Source: Candidatus Pacearchaeota archaeon (GTDB lineage: Archaea; Nanobdellota; Nanobdellia; Pacearchaeales; GW2011-AR1). Taken from it: DNA of 37,564 nt. The stretch lies in contig JBAYNB010000001.1 in assembly GCA_041679005.1 (NCBI GenBank), forward strand, positions 1 through 37,564, in the 5' to 3' direction. Below the pieces are notes generated by a model that was not told the origin of the DNA, searched no databases, and saw nothing but the letters and a program-made list of their open reading frames with translations. Position 1 is the first letter of the stretch. Every line of letters begins with the position of its first letter. A program made the position numbers and the translations under genes. This document shows positions 1-9,711 of this stretch, piece by piece.

Positions 1-3000
1 GGAGTTCTTCTTATTCTCATGGTGATTGTTATTGTTGCTATTGTATTTAGTGTTGTTAAACCTCTTGTTTCTGAAAAATCAGGAGATGTTAAATCTTCTT
101 ATGAAAAACTGCAATTAATGAATTCATTAAGTCCTTCAAGGATAACTAATAATGGAGATTGTACTGCAACGGTTATTGTGACTAGAGATAGTAGTGAAGG
201 AAATATTATTGAAATCGGATTTAGTATTCAAACTAACTATATCGGAAGTTGTTATGTTGTAAAACCAACAGATATTGGGCCGTTAGAGTCAAGAACATTT
301 ACAGTTGAATTAGGGGAATGTTGTGAAGATTTTACAGGAGATATTTCTGTAACTCCGATTCTTTCTGAAAGTTCTGAAACTGAATCGCCTGATTATGAAT
401 TAGATTCTGGAATTAGTGAACAAGAAACTTTTGGTGGAATAACTTGTGGGTCTTGGACTGCTACAACCCCTGAAGTTTCTTATAAAAAAGTTTGTTCAGA
501 TGATTGGATTGGATATGCTGAAGACATTTATACTTCTTATAATCCGAGTATGAATTGGGTTATTAGCAATAATACGGAGTATAATGTCGATGGACTTTAT
601 ATGAAAACCGATGACACGGGTATGGGTAACCTTTGGGCATATAAAACATTTAATACCCCTATTGAAGAAAATATTATTGTAAATGCTATTTTTAGAGTAA
701 CAAAGAAAACATCTTCAGGGAGTTCCATGGGTGGAACTATTTATATTTGGAATGGCGCAGTTGTTCCTTGTTCAAGCACGAGACAAACCGGAGCATGTTT
801 AGATTCTGCTGGAAATACTACTAAGGCAGTGGCTTATTCTTCAACTTCTTGTGATTCAGATGGTTGGTGTGATTTAGTTAATACAAATTTTAATTTAGGC
901 AATATAACTGAATCAACTTATACAATTGGATTTAATTTGGGAGATGGTTGGATGGCTTATACAACTTATATGGAAGTGATTAATTTATTAAATACAACAG
1001 CGAATCCTCTTGTAATTGGTAATCCTTCTCTTTCTTTAATTCATTGGTGGACAATGGATAGTTTAGATGCAAGTGGAAATGTTTTAGATTCTATTGGAGC
1101 AAGAACAGCAACTAAAATTGGAAATCCTGTTCAGGTTTCTGATGGTAAGATTGGAAAATCTTTTTCATTTGATGGAAATTCTTTTTTAACTTTTTCAGGT
1201 ATTAATGTAAATACAAATAATGCAACAATCTCTTTGTGGTTTAAGACATCTGCAGATTTTTCTTCTAAATCTGTTGGAGGATTTTTAGTTGGAGGAACTT
1301 ATCCTTGGTATGATTATTTATTGGTTTCAGGAAATGGAATGAATTATTATAATATTATTGGAGAAACTAATTCTCAAGATGATTATTTTGTTAATTCTAA
1401 TGCTGTTGCTCGAATAGGGTATTGGAATAATGTAATAATCAGTTTTGAAAATAGAGTCGCAAAAGTTTATCTTAATGGGGTTTTGATTGAAACAAGTCCA
1501 GTATTAGTTTCTAATCTTACTCTTAGTGCAATTGGTGACCATACTTCTTATTCATCAAATGATGATGGATTTATTGGTTTTATTGATGATGTAAAAATAT
1601 ACAATAGGGGGATGAGTGCAAGTGAAATAACTTTGATTTATAATCAAACAATAGTTGGTGATGAAACTGCTCCTTCTATAAACTTAATCTCACCTAAATC
1701 TCAATCTTATTCTACTGGCGGTTTAAGAAGTAATTTTATTTTAAATAATACTGTAAGCGAAGGAGGAACTATTAATCTTAGTTGCAATGGCTCTAGCACT
1801 ATTTCAGCTTATACTTCTCTTTATGGTAAAGACACTTTTTGTGGAAATGGAGATGGAATTAATTGTGGAAGCTGTGAAATTGGTTCTTCTTCATGCAGTA
1901 TAACTTATGATAATGATGTTTGTGGAGGAGATTGTGCTTCTGGATATCCTAAGCCTGGAGAACTTTCAATAACTTGCGAAGAAGACCTTGTTGATTCTGC
2001 AATTATTAATTTTACTCTAATTGCAACAGACAATGAGGAAGTAGATTCTTGCTGGTATACTTTAACAGGAGGAGCTACAAAATTTATTATGAATAGAAAT
2101 GGAGATTTATTTTATTCTTATAAAAAAATTTCAAAGGGGTTTTATTTTGCTGATGTTTATTGTAATGATAGTTCTGGAAATTTAAAAACCGCAAGTGTAT
2201 CATTTGAGGTTTTAGGTGATAATGTTAGGCCTTTAGTTAAAATAAATTCTCCTGAGAATAACTCTTATTTAATCGGAGATTTAGGCCCTCTTGATTTTAT
2301 TTTAAATAATACTGTAAGCGAAGGAGGAACTATTAATCTTAGTTGCAATGGCTCTAGCACTATTTCAGCTTATACTTCTCTTTATGGTAAAGGAACTCTT
2401 TGTGGAAATGGTGATGGAATTAATTGTGGCTCTTGCACTCTTGGTTCTTCTTCATGTAGTATAACTTATGATAATACAAATTGTGGGGATTGTGCTAATG
2501 GATATCCTAAACCAGGTTATCTTTTAATAATTTGTGAGGAAGACCTTAGTGATTACGGAGGTATTGAGTTTAATATAACTGCAACAGATAATTATGAAGT
2601 AGATTCTTGTTGGTATTCTTTAACAAATACAAATACAAATTTTAGTTTAAATAAACTAACTAATAACCTTTATTATGCTCATAAAAATCTTGCTAAAGGC
2701 ATTTATACTACTAATTTTTATTGCAAAGATCTTTCTGGAAATGTAAATAAAACAAAGATTAGTTTTACAGTAGATAATCCTGATAGTTGTAAAAATTTGA
2801 CAAACTCTGGAGAAACTTATTATCTAAGTTCTGATGTTGTTTTTAATACTACTTCTAATTGCATTAATGTTAAGGCTGAAAATATAACTCTTGATTGTAA
2901 TGGTCATTGGTTAGAAGGAATTGGAAATGCAATTTATTCTAATCTTCCTTATACTACAATAAAAAATTGTAATATTAATATAACTCCTAGTGATAAAGGT

Positions 3001-4017
3001 TCTGGAATTGTGTTTGATACTTCTTCAAAATATTCTACTGCTGTTAATAATAAAGTTTATGGGGGGTATTATGGAATTTATTCAAAATATTCTGAGAATA
3101 TTACTGTTCAGAATAATTTTGTTTATAATAATACTGATGGAATAAATTTAGAAAGACCTACTCAATATTGGAGTTGTAATGTTAAAAATACAAATAATAT
3201 TGTAACTGAGAATACTGTGAGCAATAATAGAAGATATGGAATTAATATTTATGGTTCTAATAATATTGTCGCTGAAAATAATTTAACTATTAATGAGATA
3301 GTTATACATGGTAAAAATAATTTAATTAAAAATAATGTGGTGCTTGGAGCTGGAGCTCCTCCTAATTCAGGAATTGTTATCTCTGCCGGCATGGCTGGAG
3401 GAAGACCCTGTGAAAATATAACAAATAATAATAAACTTATTGGAAATAAGGTTTGTGGAGGTAGTAAGGATTATGCTGATTTTAGATCTAATTCTGTTCG
3501 AGTTGTTTCTGAATTTAGAGATAATCAGTGTGATACATCTGTTTTTGGAAATTGTAGATGGAATTGTAGTCAGATTCCTAATCCAAAAACATTGCAAAAC
3601 TGTGAGGATTGCGGATTCTTAGGAATGGGATGTACTAAGACTAATTGTTATTCAATTGGAAATTGTATTTATTCTCCAAGTATTTTTCCATGGGTGCCTG
3701 ATTGTAAAAAAATCCCTGTTAATGTAACAAGGCAGATTATTGGGAATAATGTTGTACTAAGCATAGACTCTTCTTTATTTGATGAAAACGATACTATTAT
3801 TCTTGCTGAAGAAATTATCGGTGGAGGAGTTATAGATTCATTTAGTCTTGAACCAGATTATAATTTTAATGATACAATTGTATGGATATTTAAAGCTCCT
3901 ATAATTCCAAGTTATTTAACTTATAATATCTCAGGAAGTTTTGAAGAAGTAAAGGGAAAATGGGCAACTAAGATTTCTAACTTAGGAGGAATTAGTGGAA
4001 CAATTACAGATATTTAA
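1..4017 (+). CDS. Large secreted/cell-surface protein, probably 5'-partial. It has a pilin-like N-terminal hydrophobic helix, a LamG/ConA-like domain, two [Cys-rich lectin-like + Ig-like] modules, right-handed beta-helix repeats and a Cys-rich C-terminus.
   Basis: Frame 1 is open from nt 1 (GVLLILMVIVIVAIVFSVV...), so the ATG at 19 is probably internal. LamG_3-type signature at about 1040-1645 (WWTMDSLDASGN...GKSFSFDGNSFLTF...ISLWFK...IGFIDDVKIYNRGMSASEI). Duplicated module at 1733-2781. PbH1/NosD-like repeats at about 2790-3460 (NITLDCNGHWLEG..., VYGGYYGIYSKYSENITVQNNFVYNNTDGINL, NNRRYGINIYGSNNIVAENN). Many N-x-S/T sequons. Confidence 0.85.
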   Translation, partial: GVLLILMVIVIVAIVFSVVKPLVSEKSGDVKSSYEKLQLMNSLSPSRITNNGDCTATVIVTRDSSEGNIIEIGFSIQTNYIGSCYVVKPTDIGPLESRTFTVELGECCEDFTGDISVTPILSESSETESPDYELDSGISEQETFGGITCGSWTATTPEVSYKKVCSDDWIGYAEDIYTSYNPSMNWVISNNTEYNVDGLYMKTDDTGMGNLWAYKTFNTPIEENIIVNAIFRVTKKTSSGSSMGGTIYIWNGAVVPCSSTRQTGACLDSAGNTTKAVAYSSTSCDSDGWCDLVNTNFNLGNITESTYTIGFNLGDGWMAYTTYMEVINLLNTTANPLVIGNPSLSLIHWWTMDSLDASGNVLDSIGARTATKIGNPVQVSDGKIGKSFSFDGNSFLTFSGINVNTNNATISLWFKTSADFSSKSVGGFLVGGTYPWYDYLLVSGNGMNYYNIIGETNSQDDYFVNSNAVARIGYWNNVIISFENRVAKVYLNGVLIETSPVLVSNLTLSAIGDHTSYSSNDDGFIGFIDDVKIYNRGMSASEITLIYNQTIVGDETAPSINLISPKSQSYSTGGLRSNFILNNTVSEGGTINLSCNGSSTISAYTSLYGKDTFCGNGDGINCGSCEIGSSSCSITYDNDVCGGDCASGYPKPGELSITCEEDLVDSAIINFTLIATDNEEVDSCWYTLTGGATKFIMNRNGDLFYSYKKISKGFYFADVYCNDSSGNLKTASVSFEVLGDNVRPLVKINSPENNSYLIGDLGPLDFILNNTVSEGGTINLSCNGSSTISAYTSLYGKGTLCGNGDGINCGSCTLGSSSCSITYDNTNCGDCANGYPKPGYLLIICEEDLSDYGGIEFNITATDNYEVDSCWYSLTNTNTNFSLNKLTNNLYYAHKNLAKGIYTTNFYCKDLSGNVNKTKISFTVDNPDSCKNLTNSGETYYLSSDVVFNTTSNCINVKAENITLDCNGHWLEGIGNAIYSNLPYTTIKNCNINITPSDKGSGIVFDTSSKYSTAVNNKVYGGYYGIYSKYSENITVQNNFVYNNTDGINLERPTQYWSCNVKNTNNIVTENTVSNNRRYGINIYGSNNIVAENNLTINEIVIHGKNNLIKNNVVLGAGAPPNSGIVISAGMAGGRPCENITNNNKLIGNKVCGGSKDYADFRSNSVRVVSEFRDNQCDTSVFGNCRWNCSQIPNPKTLQNCEDCGFLGMGCTKTNCYSIGNCIYSPSIFPWVPDCKKIPVNVTRQIIGNNVVLSIDSSLFDENDTIILAEEIIGGGVIDSFSLEPDYNFNDTIVWIFKAPIIPSYLTYNISGSFEEVKGKWATKISNLGGISGTITDI
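1733..2781 (+). repeat. Intragenic tandem duplication with a 561-nt (187-aa) period. The first 99 nt of each copy are identical.
   Basis: 1733-1831 equals 2294-2392 exactly. The remainder aligns at lower identity with compensating 1-codon indels (FILNNTVSEGGTINLSCNGSSTISAYTSLYGK... in both copies). Confidence 0.9.
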
Positions 4018-4029
4018 ATTATTATTAAA

Positions 4030-5838
4030 ATGAAAAAAGTTAAAATGAAAAAAGGGGATAAAAAAATACTTGGATTTGTTGTTGCAGGGTTGTTTATAAT
4101 ATTTTTAATGGGACTTTGCAGTGCTTATACTCGTTCTAAAAGTACTGATGCAGTGAGTGGTGAGGGTTTATCTGTTACTGTAAGTTGTGATTCAGGAGAT
4201 GTAATTACAGGCTCATCAACTTCTTATGGTAGTAATTGTGGTGGAAGTTGTCCAATTAGTTGTGGAACATGTTCAACAGGGGTTCGTTCATGTACTAAAA
4301 CTTTTAGTAATGATATTTGTGGAAGTGATTGTTCTTATAATTGTGCAAAAATAGGTACTTTGACAATTACTTGTTCTGATGCTGCTTGTACTCCTCAAAC
4401 TGATGCAGAATTGTGTTCTGGAAAGTGTGGATATTATCCTATTGTAGATAGATGCAATAATTTTAGAAATCTTAATTGTGGGGGTTGTCCATCTGGACAA
4501 GTTTGCAAGCAGTCTTCAAATACTTGTTGTACTCCTCAATCTGATAGTGTATTTTGTTCATCTAAGGGAATTACTTGTGGACATGCTTCAGGAATGGATA
4601 ATTGCGGACAATCAAGAGATGTTTCTTGTTCAGGTTCATGTGCTTCTGGAGAGACTTGTAATCCTTCTTCAGGTTGTTTTTGTGATTCTTCTTCTGGAAT
4701 GAAATCTTGTATTGGAGGAAGTTGTATTTCTGGAAGTATTGGGTGTAATAGTATCGGAGAACCTGCTTCTGAAGGTAAGGAATGTGTGATAAATGAAGAT
4801 TGTGTTGATGATGGAAATAATCTTTTTTGTTGCGGAGGATATTGTAGAAAACCTAATTATTGTGAGGATGGTGATTTATGTACTGTTAATAGTTGTGATG
4901 CTGAAACAGGATGTTATAAAGAAGATGTTGTTTGTTCTGTATCTAATCCAGATGATGCTTGTATAGAAGAAAGTGTTTGTAATCCTCTGACAGGACTTTG
5001 TAATGATATTACTAAAAATTGTGACAAAGGAGACCTGTGTTTTGTTTATTCTTGTAATAAAACTAGCGGGTGTGTAAGTGCTCCAAAAGTTACAGGAGGA
5101 GACCTTGGTTGTGTTCCTGCAGGAACTCCTATTCCAGAAGGACAAGAGGCTGTGCCTGGCTTAAGTAATGATGATTATACTGTTACTCAGCCAAGTAATT
5201 CTTCTAATGGTAATATTGCTAAAGATGAATGTGATCATCTCCTTGCAAGAACTATTACAACAACCAATTGTCTTGCATGTTTTTCTTCTGGTTGTAAAAT
5301 AATTAGTTCTAGTTCTGCAAGCCCATGGACTAAAGTAACTTGTGATTTTAAAAAAAATTATAATAATCGCGGATGGAGATTAAAAATGGGGCTTGACCAA
5401 CTAGGATTATCTCCTTTAGTTTATTTTGGGATGGATGAATTAGAAACAATTAAAAAAACAATAATTGAAGGAGTTACTTATATCAAGGGTTCAGGGAGCA
5501 CTAGTGGAAGAGGAAGTGGTGGAGGAAGAGGAGGAAATCAACCTCCAACTACATCTGTTCCAACTCATAGTGAAGAAGAGGTTACTGAATCAATTAAACA
5601 ATATTTTATGATGGTTGGATTAAAAGATGAAGAACAAATAGATAAATATACAAAAATGACTCTTGAAGGAGGTATTGACCCTCTTGCTTTGTTTGATAAT
5701 AGATTAAAATTTATTTTAGGGGCTGAGTTTTCAGATAAATCTGGTTGGAACTTTGGTGTATCTGGAGAGTATATTGGAGCATCAAAAGAAAGAGAATGCG
5801 AGCAAAGAATAACAATTCAAGTTAAGAAAGAGTTTTAA
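4030..5838 (+). CDS. Secreted cysteine-rich protein with an N-terminal signal/anchor, one lectin-like Cys module, CTPQxD and CxDGDxCxxxSC repeats, and a Gly/Arg-rich linker.
   Basis: 602-aa ORF starting 12 nt after the previous gene. Hydrophobic N-terminus (ILGFVVAGLFIIFLMGLCSA). Residues about 44-117 repeat the Cys pattern of the two modules in the upstream gene. Two CEDGDLCTVNSCDAETGC / CDKGDLCFVYSCNKTSGC repeats resemble the slime-mold type CxDxxxCTxDxC repeat. Confidence 0.8.
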   Translation: MKKVKMKKGDKKILGFVVAGLFIIFLMGLCSAYTRSKSTDAVSGEGLSVTVSCDSGDVITGSSTSYGSNCGGSCPISCGTCSTGVRSCTKTFSNDICGSDCSYNCAKIGTLTITCSDAACTPQTDAELCSGKCGYYPIVDRCNNFRNLNCGGCPSGQVCKQSSNTCCTPQSDSVFCSSKGITCGHASGMDNCGQSRDVSCSGSCASGETCNPSSGCFCDSSSGMKSCIGGSCISGSIGCNSIGEPASEGKECVINEDCVDDGNNLFCCGGYCRKPNYCEDGDLCTVNSCDAETGCYKEDVVCSVSNPDDACIEESVCNPLTGLCNDITKNCDKGDLCFVYSCNKTSGCVSAPKVTGGDLGCVPAGTPIPEGQEAVPGLSNDDYTVTQPSNSSNGNIAKDECDHLLARTITTTNCLACFSSGCKIISSSSASPWTKVTCDFKKNYNNRGWRLKMGLDQLGLSPLVYFGMDELETIKKTIIEGVTYIKGSGSTSGRGSGGGRGGNQPPTTSVPTHSEEEVTESIKQYFMMVGLKDEEQIDKYTKMTLEGGIDPLALFDNRLKFILGAEFSDKSGWNFGVSGEYIGASKERECEQRITIQVKKEF

Positions 5839-5840
5839 AA

Positions 5841-6776
5841 ATGATAAGAATAAATAAAAACTATAAAAAAGAAAAAGTAATAATCTTAAGTTTAATTGGA
5901 TTGGGGTTATTAATTATTTTGCCTTCGTTAATTAGTGCTGTTCTTTATAATGAAGATTATACTACTAATGCAAGTATGTATGATATTCTTATTTATTTTA
6001 AAAATACAGGATGTCAGGTTATAACTAATGAAAATATTGTAGATTTGCCTAATTATGCACAATTTTATAATAAATTTAATTTTGGAAATAATCAAAATTG
6101 TTTTGTTGTTTTAGATATTTATCCCTATGAAATACAGCAGAGTTCTGATTTTGCTTTTACAAAACCTTTTTATGCAGAGGCAGAATATTATGTTGATGCT
6201 TTGGATTATCTTGACCAGTCAAATAAAGAATATTTATTTTTCTTAGCAAAAAATCTTAGTGCAATGAATGATTTGCTTAATGTTACTATAAATTATGAAA
6301 AATATTCTCTTTTATTAAACAACACTGGAAGTTATCTTGACCTTAGTGAAAATCCTCTTGCTTGGATTCCTAGTTTTGAAACTGATTATCTTTATACTAA
6401 TTGCATTAGCAAGGTTAATGCAACTATTTATACTGGAAATAATCTATCTTTTTTAGATAAATCTATAAATAAATATTATAATTTTAGTAGTTATTGTTCT
6501 GATGAGAATACTCTTGCTTATGGTTATTGTTCTTATGGATTTTTCATGTTTGATTTAGTTACTTGCAATTGTCTTGAAGGAAAATGTATTCCTAAGAATT
6601 CAGAAATTTTTGATTGGATTAGTTTTTATGATTTTAGTGTAAACATTAAATATGATGCTGATGAGTATGAAGATAATTTTTATTGGTACTCTTATTCTTT
6701 TTATGATAAGATTGGAAATATTTTTGTTGATGATAATCTAATTAAATCTGTAATAAAAAGCTGGATTGAAAGTTAA
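5841..6776 (+). CDS. Hypothetical secreted or membrane-anchored protein (N/Y/F-rich)
   Basis: 311-aa ORF starting 2 nt after the upstream stop. N-terminal K-rich segment plus hydrophobic helix (VIILSLIGLGLLIILPSLISA). No family recognised. Confidence 0.7.
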   Translation: MIRINKNYKKEKVIILSLIGLGLLIILPSLISAVLYNEDYTTNASMYDILIYFKNTGCQVITNENIVDLPNYAQFYNKFNFGNNQNCFVVLDIYPYEIQQSSDFAFTKPFYAEAEYYVDALDYLDQSNKEYLFFLAKNLSAMNDLLNVTINYEKYSLLLNNTGSYLDLSENPLAWIPSFETDYLYTNCISKVNATIYTGNNLSFLDKSINKYYNFSSYCSDENTLAYGYCSYGFFMFDLVTCNCLEGKCIPKNSEIFDWISFYDFSVNIKYDADEYEDNFYWYSYSFYDKIGNIFVDDNLIKSVIKSWIES

Positions 6777-6873
6777 TGTCTTATCAGAAACTTTAAATAA
6801 CTTAATCTTTTATTATAATTATGTTAAAAGCGTCTTTTAGAAAAAGATGCAGGCAAAAGATTAAAGAGTTGAT

Positions 6874-7230
6874 ATGGTTAATAAAAAATATTTGATTGCT
6901 GGAATAATTTTGATTGTAATTGTTATTGTTGTTTTAGGATTTTATTTTTTTGGTGGGAATAAAAATTCTGATTTATGCAAAAAAATTAGTGATGAAACAA
7001 TTAAACAATCTTGTGCATTGTGTGATGATACTGAAAATCCTATTGCGATTATAGACTGTAAAAATACTGCTTATATTGAGTTTGTTTTTTTAAAACAAGA
7101 TAAATCTTTGTGTAATAATTTAATTCAAGAATATGCTAAAACTAATTGTTTGAATGGACTTGAAAAATCTTTAGCAAGAGATGGGACTGTTCCAGAATAT
7201 GAACCTATTGACGGAGGATATAAAAAATAA
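6874..7230 (+). CDS. Small membrane-anchored Cys-containing hypothetical protein
   Basis: 118-aa ORF with an N-terminal TM helix (YLIAGIILIVIVIVVLGFYFF). Same strand as its neighbours. Confidence 0.6.
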   Translation: MVNKKYLIAGIILIVIVIVVLGFYFFGGNKNSDLCKKISDETIKQSCALCDDTENPIAIIDCKNTAYIEFVFLKQDKSLCNNLIQEYAKTNCLNGLEKSLARDGTVPEYEPIDGGYKK

Positions 7231-7239
7231 TTTTATAAA

Positions 7240-9660
7240 ATGAATATTAAGCAATTTTTATTTGTAGGGATATTGTTTTTTGGTACTTTAATTTTAAATG
7301 TGTCTTCAGTTTTTGCAGTTATTTATACTTTTGATTTTAATGGGGATGGAGTCCCTGAATATGATACTACTGATTTAGCTCTTCCAATTTATTGGAGACT
7401 TGGATTTCAGAGTTATGGTGCTGAAAATGGAGTAAGTCTTCCTAATTTATCTATAACTGGAGCACAGAGTTTTAGTGTTAGTATTCCCGCTATTAAATAC
7501 ACTGGAAGTAATTCTGTATATCATGCTGGTTGGGGTCCTGCTATAGATGTTGGCGGATATTGGGTTTATAGATGTGTTCCTACTAGTTGTGCTGGAACTA
7601 AATCTTCTTATGGAAATTGTTATTATGTATTTGAACACTACCCAAGCACTAAAGTATATTCTTCTCTTAAAGTATTATCTCCTGGAACCTATTATCTTAA
7701 TGCTAGTTCTTATGGAAATGCATTTAGTCCAGCAAGAATAGAACCTGCTGCAGATTGGACTACTTGGTCTGGTGCAGATTGTTCTGATAATCCTGTTTAT
7801 GTTGATAGTGTTCATTATTTTAATGAGTATTATGAATATCTTGATAGTGTGTGCGCTCCTGAAGTATCTGGAACTAAATGCGCAGATTGTTCTGATGCTG
7901 TTACTGGATGTGCAGAGTATGATTCAGATGATGGTTATTTTTGTAATGGAATTAATATAGACATAGAATTAGTAGATAGTTTAGGATATCCTGTTAAAAC
8001 TATTCCTATGGAGGATAGTTGGGCAAATCTAGGTCAGTTGTCTTATGTGGATGCTACTGAAGGATTAACTTATATAACAGATTCTAGTCCTGGTTTTGTT
8101 GATTTTACTAAAAAAATAATAATTACTCAGGGATGCACTGACCCCAATGAATGTGCAGACAATATTTGTAAAGAACCTGTTTGTAGTGAGTTGCATGTTT
8201 GTGAAGAAAGTTTTATTGTTTTAGGAGAAAATGATGAAGCATGTGTTTCTCCTAGTGTGTGTGATGGTGCTGGAAATTGTGTTCCGTGTAATGTTCCAGA
8301 TGATTGTGGAACTACTGGATTAATTTCTGAATTTCAGTGTAATGAAAATAATATTGAACAAAAATACCGAACTTATTCTTGTGAGTCTAATACTTGTGAT
8401 TATGAAGATTCTTGGATAGATACTGGTTCATGTGGAAGTAATTTTTGTTATGAACCAATAGCAAGTGCTTCTGAAGGGGGTTGTTGTACTGACAAATGTG
8501 CTGTTGGAGCAGAATGTGGATTTGTTTGTGGTCAGTCTTGTGGAACTAGTTCTGGAATATGTCCTGTAGGACAAACTTGTGACGGTTCTTCTTGTATTGG
8601 TACTGGAATTGCTTATTGGGCTAATCTGGCTGGAGAAAAAATTGGAGATGACAGTTCTGTTAGTCATTCAGAGATTGGGGATAGTGTTCTTTTAATTTAT
8701 AATGGAAGAGCAGAACAAGTAGGAAATTTTGATTTTAGTATTTTTGAAGATGATGGTATTTTGCCTGATGATAATATAAGAATAATTCCTGCAGACAAAA
8801 CTTTTAATTATAAAGGGCATCTTGCTACTAAGTGGGTTATTAATTCAAGTGATTTTAATAAAGGAGGAGAATCAGAAGCAAAGTTTTATTTTAATATTAA
8901 TGGAAATTATTCAAATAATTTAAATGTTAATAACACAAGCACAACACCTAATTTTTTGCCAAGAGTGATTATAACTTCTCCTGCAGTTAATTCTAAAACA
9001 AGAATTGAAAATAAAATTTATTTTAATCAGAGTGCTATGGATATTGATGATGATCTGAAAATGCAATGGATATTTGAAGATGGGGAGAACAGTAGTTGGA
9101 TGGAAAACTGCTTGACAACAAATAATTGTAATACTAGTTATGTTTATGATAAGAGTTCTGGAACTAAGATTGTAGGAGTAATTGCTAGAGAGATGACAAG
9201 AACTAATGAAGCTGTTAATTATAGTAAAGTTTTTGTGTATGATGAAGAAATAAATGTTTTTGCAAATATTACTGAACCTCCTTTTGGTAAGATTTTCACA
9301 AACGCAGGGACTAGTGCACAAGAGGTTAATTTTAATGCAAGCACATCTTATGCTGCTTATTGTAGTTTAAATGAAGATGAGTGCGGGGTTTATGATGATT
9401 ATTATTCTTCTACAGATGACTGTTTTAGTTTAGTTGATAATAATGGGGAGAATCCATTATATTGTTATGATTTTCCTAATCTTAAAAATTTAAAAGCTCG
9501 TCAGAAATATGGATTGTCTTTTACTTGGAATTTTAGTGAGGGTGTTGGAAAATATGGTGATTGGGTTGATGATTATGATGAGGTTGTAGAGTTTGATAGA
9601 TTATTTTATTCTCCTACTCAACACTGGGCAAGATTAAATGTAATTCACAGTGAGATTTGA
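7240..9660 (+). CDS. Secreted cysteine-rich surface protein with C-terminal PKD-like domains
   Basis: 806-aa ORF with a signal peptide (FLFVGILFFGTLILNVSSVFA). Cys-rich modules at about 8130-8600 (CTDKCAVGAECGFVCGQSCGTSSGICPVGQTCDGSSC) are shared with the 4030 gene. PKD-like signature at about 8960-9240 (FNQSAMDIDDDLKMQWIFEDGENSSW...GTKIVGVIARE), plus a second weaker copy. Confidence 0.8.
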   Translation: MNIKQFLFVGILFFGTLILNVSSVFAVIYTFDFNGDGVPEYDTTDLALPIYWRLGFQSYGAENGVSLPNLSITGAQSFSVSIPAIKYTGSNSVYHAGWGPAIDVGGYWVYRCVPTSCAGTKSSYGNCYYVFEHYPSTKVYSSLKVLSPGTYYLNASSYGNAFSPARIEPAADWTTWSGADCSDNPVYVDSVHYFNEYYEYLDSVCAPEVSGTKCADCSDAVTGCAEYDSDDGYFCNGINIDIELVDSLGYPVKTIPMEDSWANLGQLSYVDATEGLTYITDSSPGFVDFTKKIIITQGCTDPNECADNICKEPVCSELHVCEESFIVLGENDEACVSPSVCDGAGNCVPCNVPDDCGTTGLISEFQCNENNIEQKYRTYSCESNTCDYEDSWIDTGSCGSNFCYEPIASASEGGCCTDKCAVGAECGFVCGQSCGTSSGICPVGQTCDGSSCIGTGIAYWANLAGEKIGDDSSVSHSEIGDSVLLIYNGRAEQVGNFDFSIFEDDGILPDDNIRIIPADKTFNYKGHLATKWVINSSDFNKGGESEAKFYFNINGNYSNNLNVNNTSTTPNFLPRVIITSPAVNSKTRIENKIYFNQSAMDIDDDLKMQWIFEDGENSSWMENCLTTNNCNTSYVYDKSSGTKIVGVIAREMTRTNEAVNYSKVFVYDEEINVFANITEPPFGKIFTNAGTSAQEVNFNASTSYAAYCSLNEDECGVYDDYYSSTDDCFSLVDNNGENPLYCYDFPNLKNLKARQKYGLSFTWNFSEGVGKYGDWVDDYDEVVEFDRLFYSPTQHWARLNVIHSEI

Positions 9661-9680
9661 TTATTTTTTGATAATAACAA

Positions 9681-9688
9681 TATATAAA
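9681..9688 (+). promoter_or_regulatory. TATA box (tatataaa), 23 nt before the ATG at 9712
   Basis: Fits the 21-23 nt TATA-to-start spacing seen at 16 sites in this window. Confidence 0.5.
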
Positions 9689-9711
9689 AACTGATTTTTT
9701 CTTTAATTTTT

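Noticed and set aside
1733-2781. The intragenic repeat pair might be a diversity-generating retroelement TR/VR pair, since DGRs are known in DPANN surface-protein genes.
   Set aside because: Differences between the copies are not restricted to adenine positions; for example gacactttt versus ggaactctt changes a, c and t. Both copies are in-frame parts of one ORF, there are indels, and no reverse transcriptase ORF exists in the window.
3367-9321. Short ORFs from the track lie inside or antisense to the large surface-protein genes: 3367-3597, 3440-3622, 4288-4500, 4478-4702, 4876-5145, 7447-7638, 7547-7741, 7772-7960, 8428-8667 and 8920-9321.
   Set aside because: All are fully embedded in much longer ORFs with recognisable domains. 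Their translations are low-complexity (I/L/S/T/N-rich) products of AT-rich sequence, with no start context.
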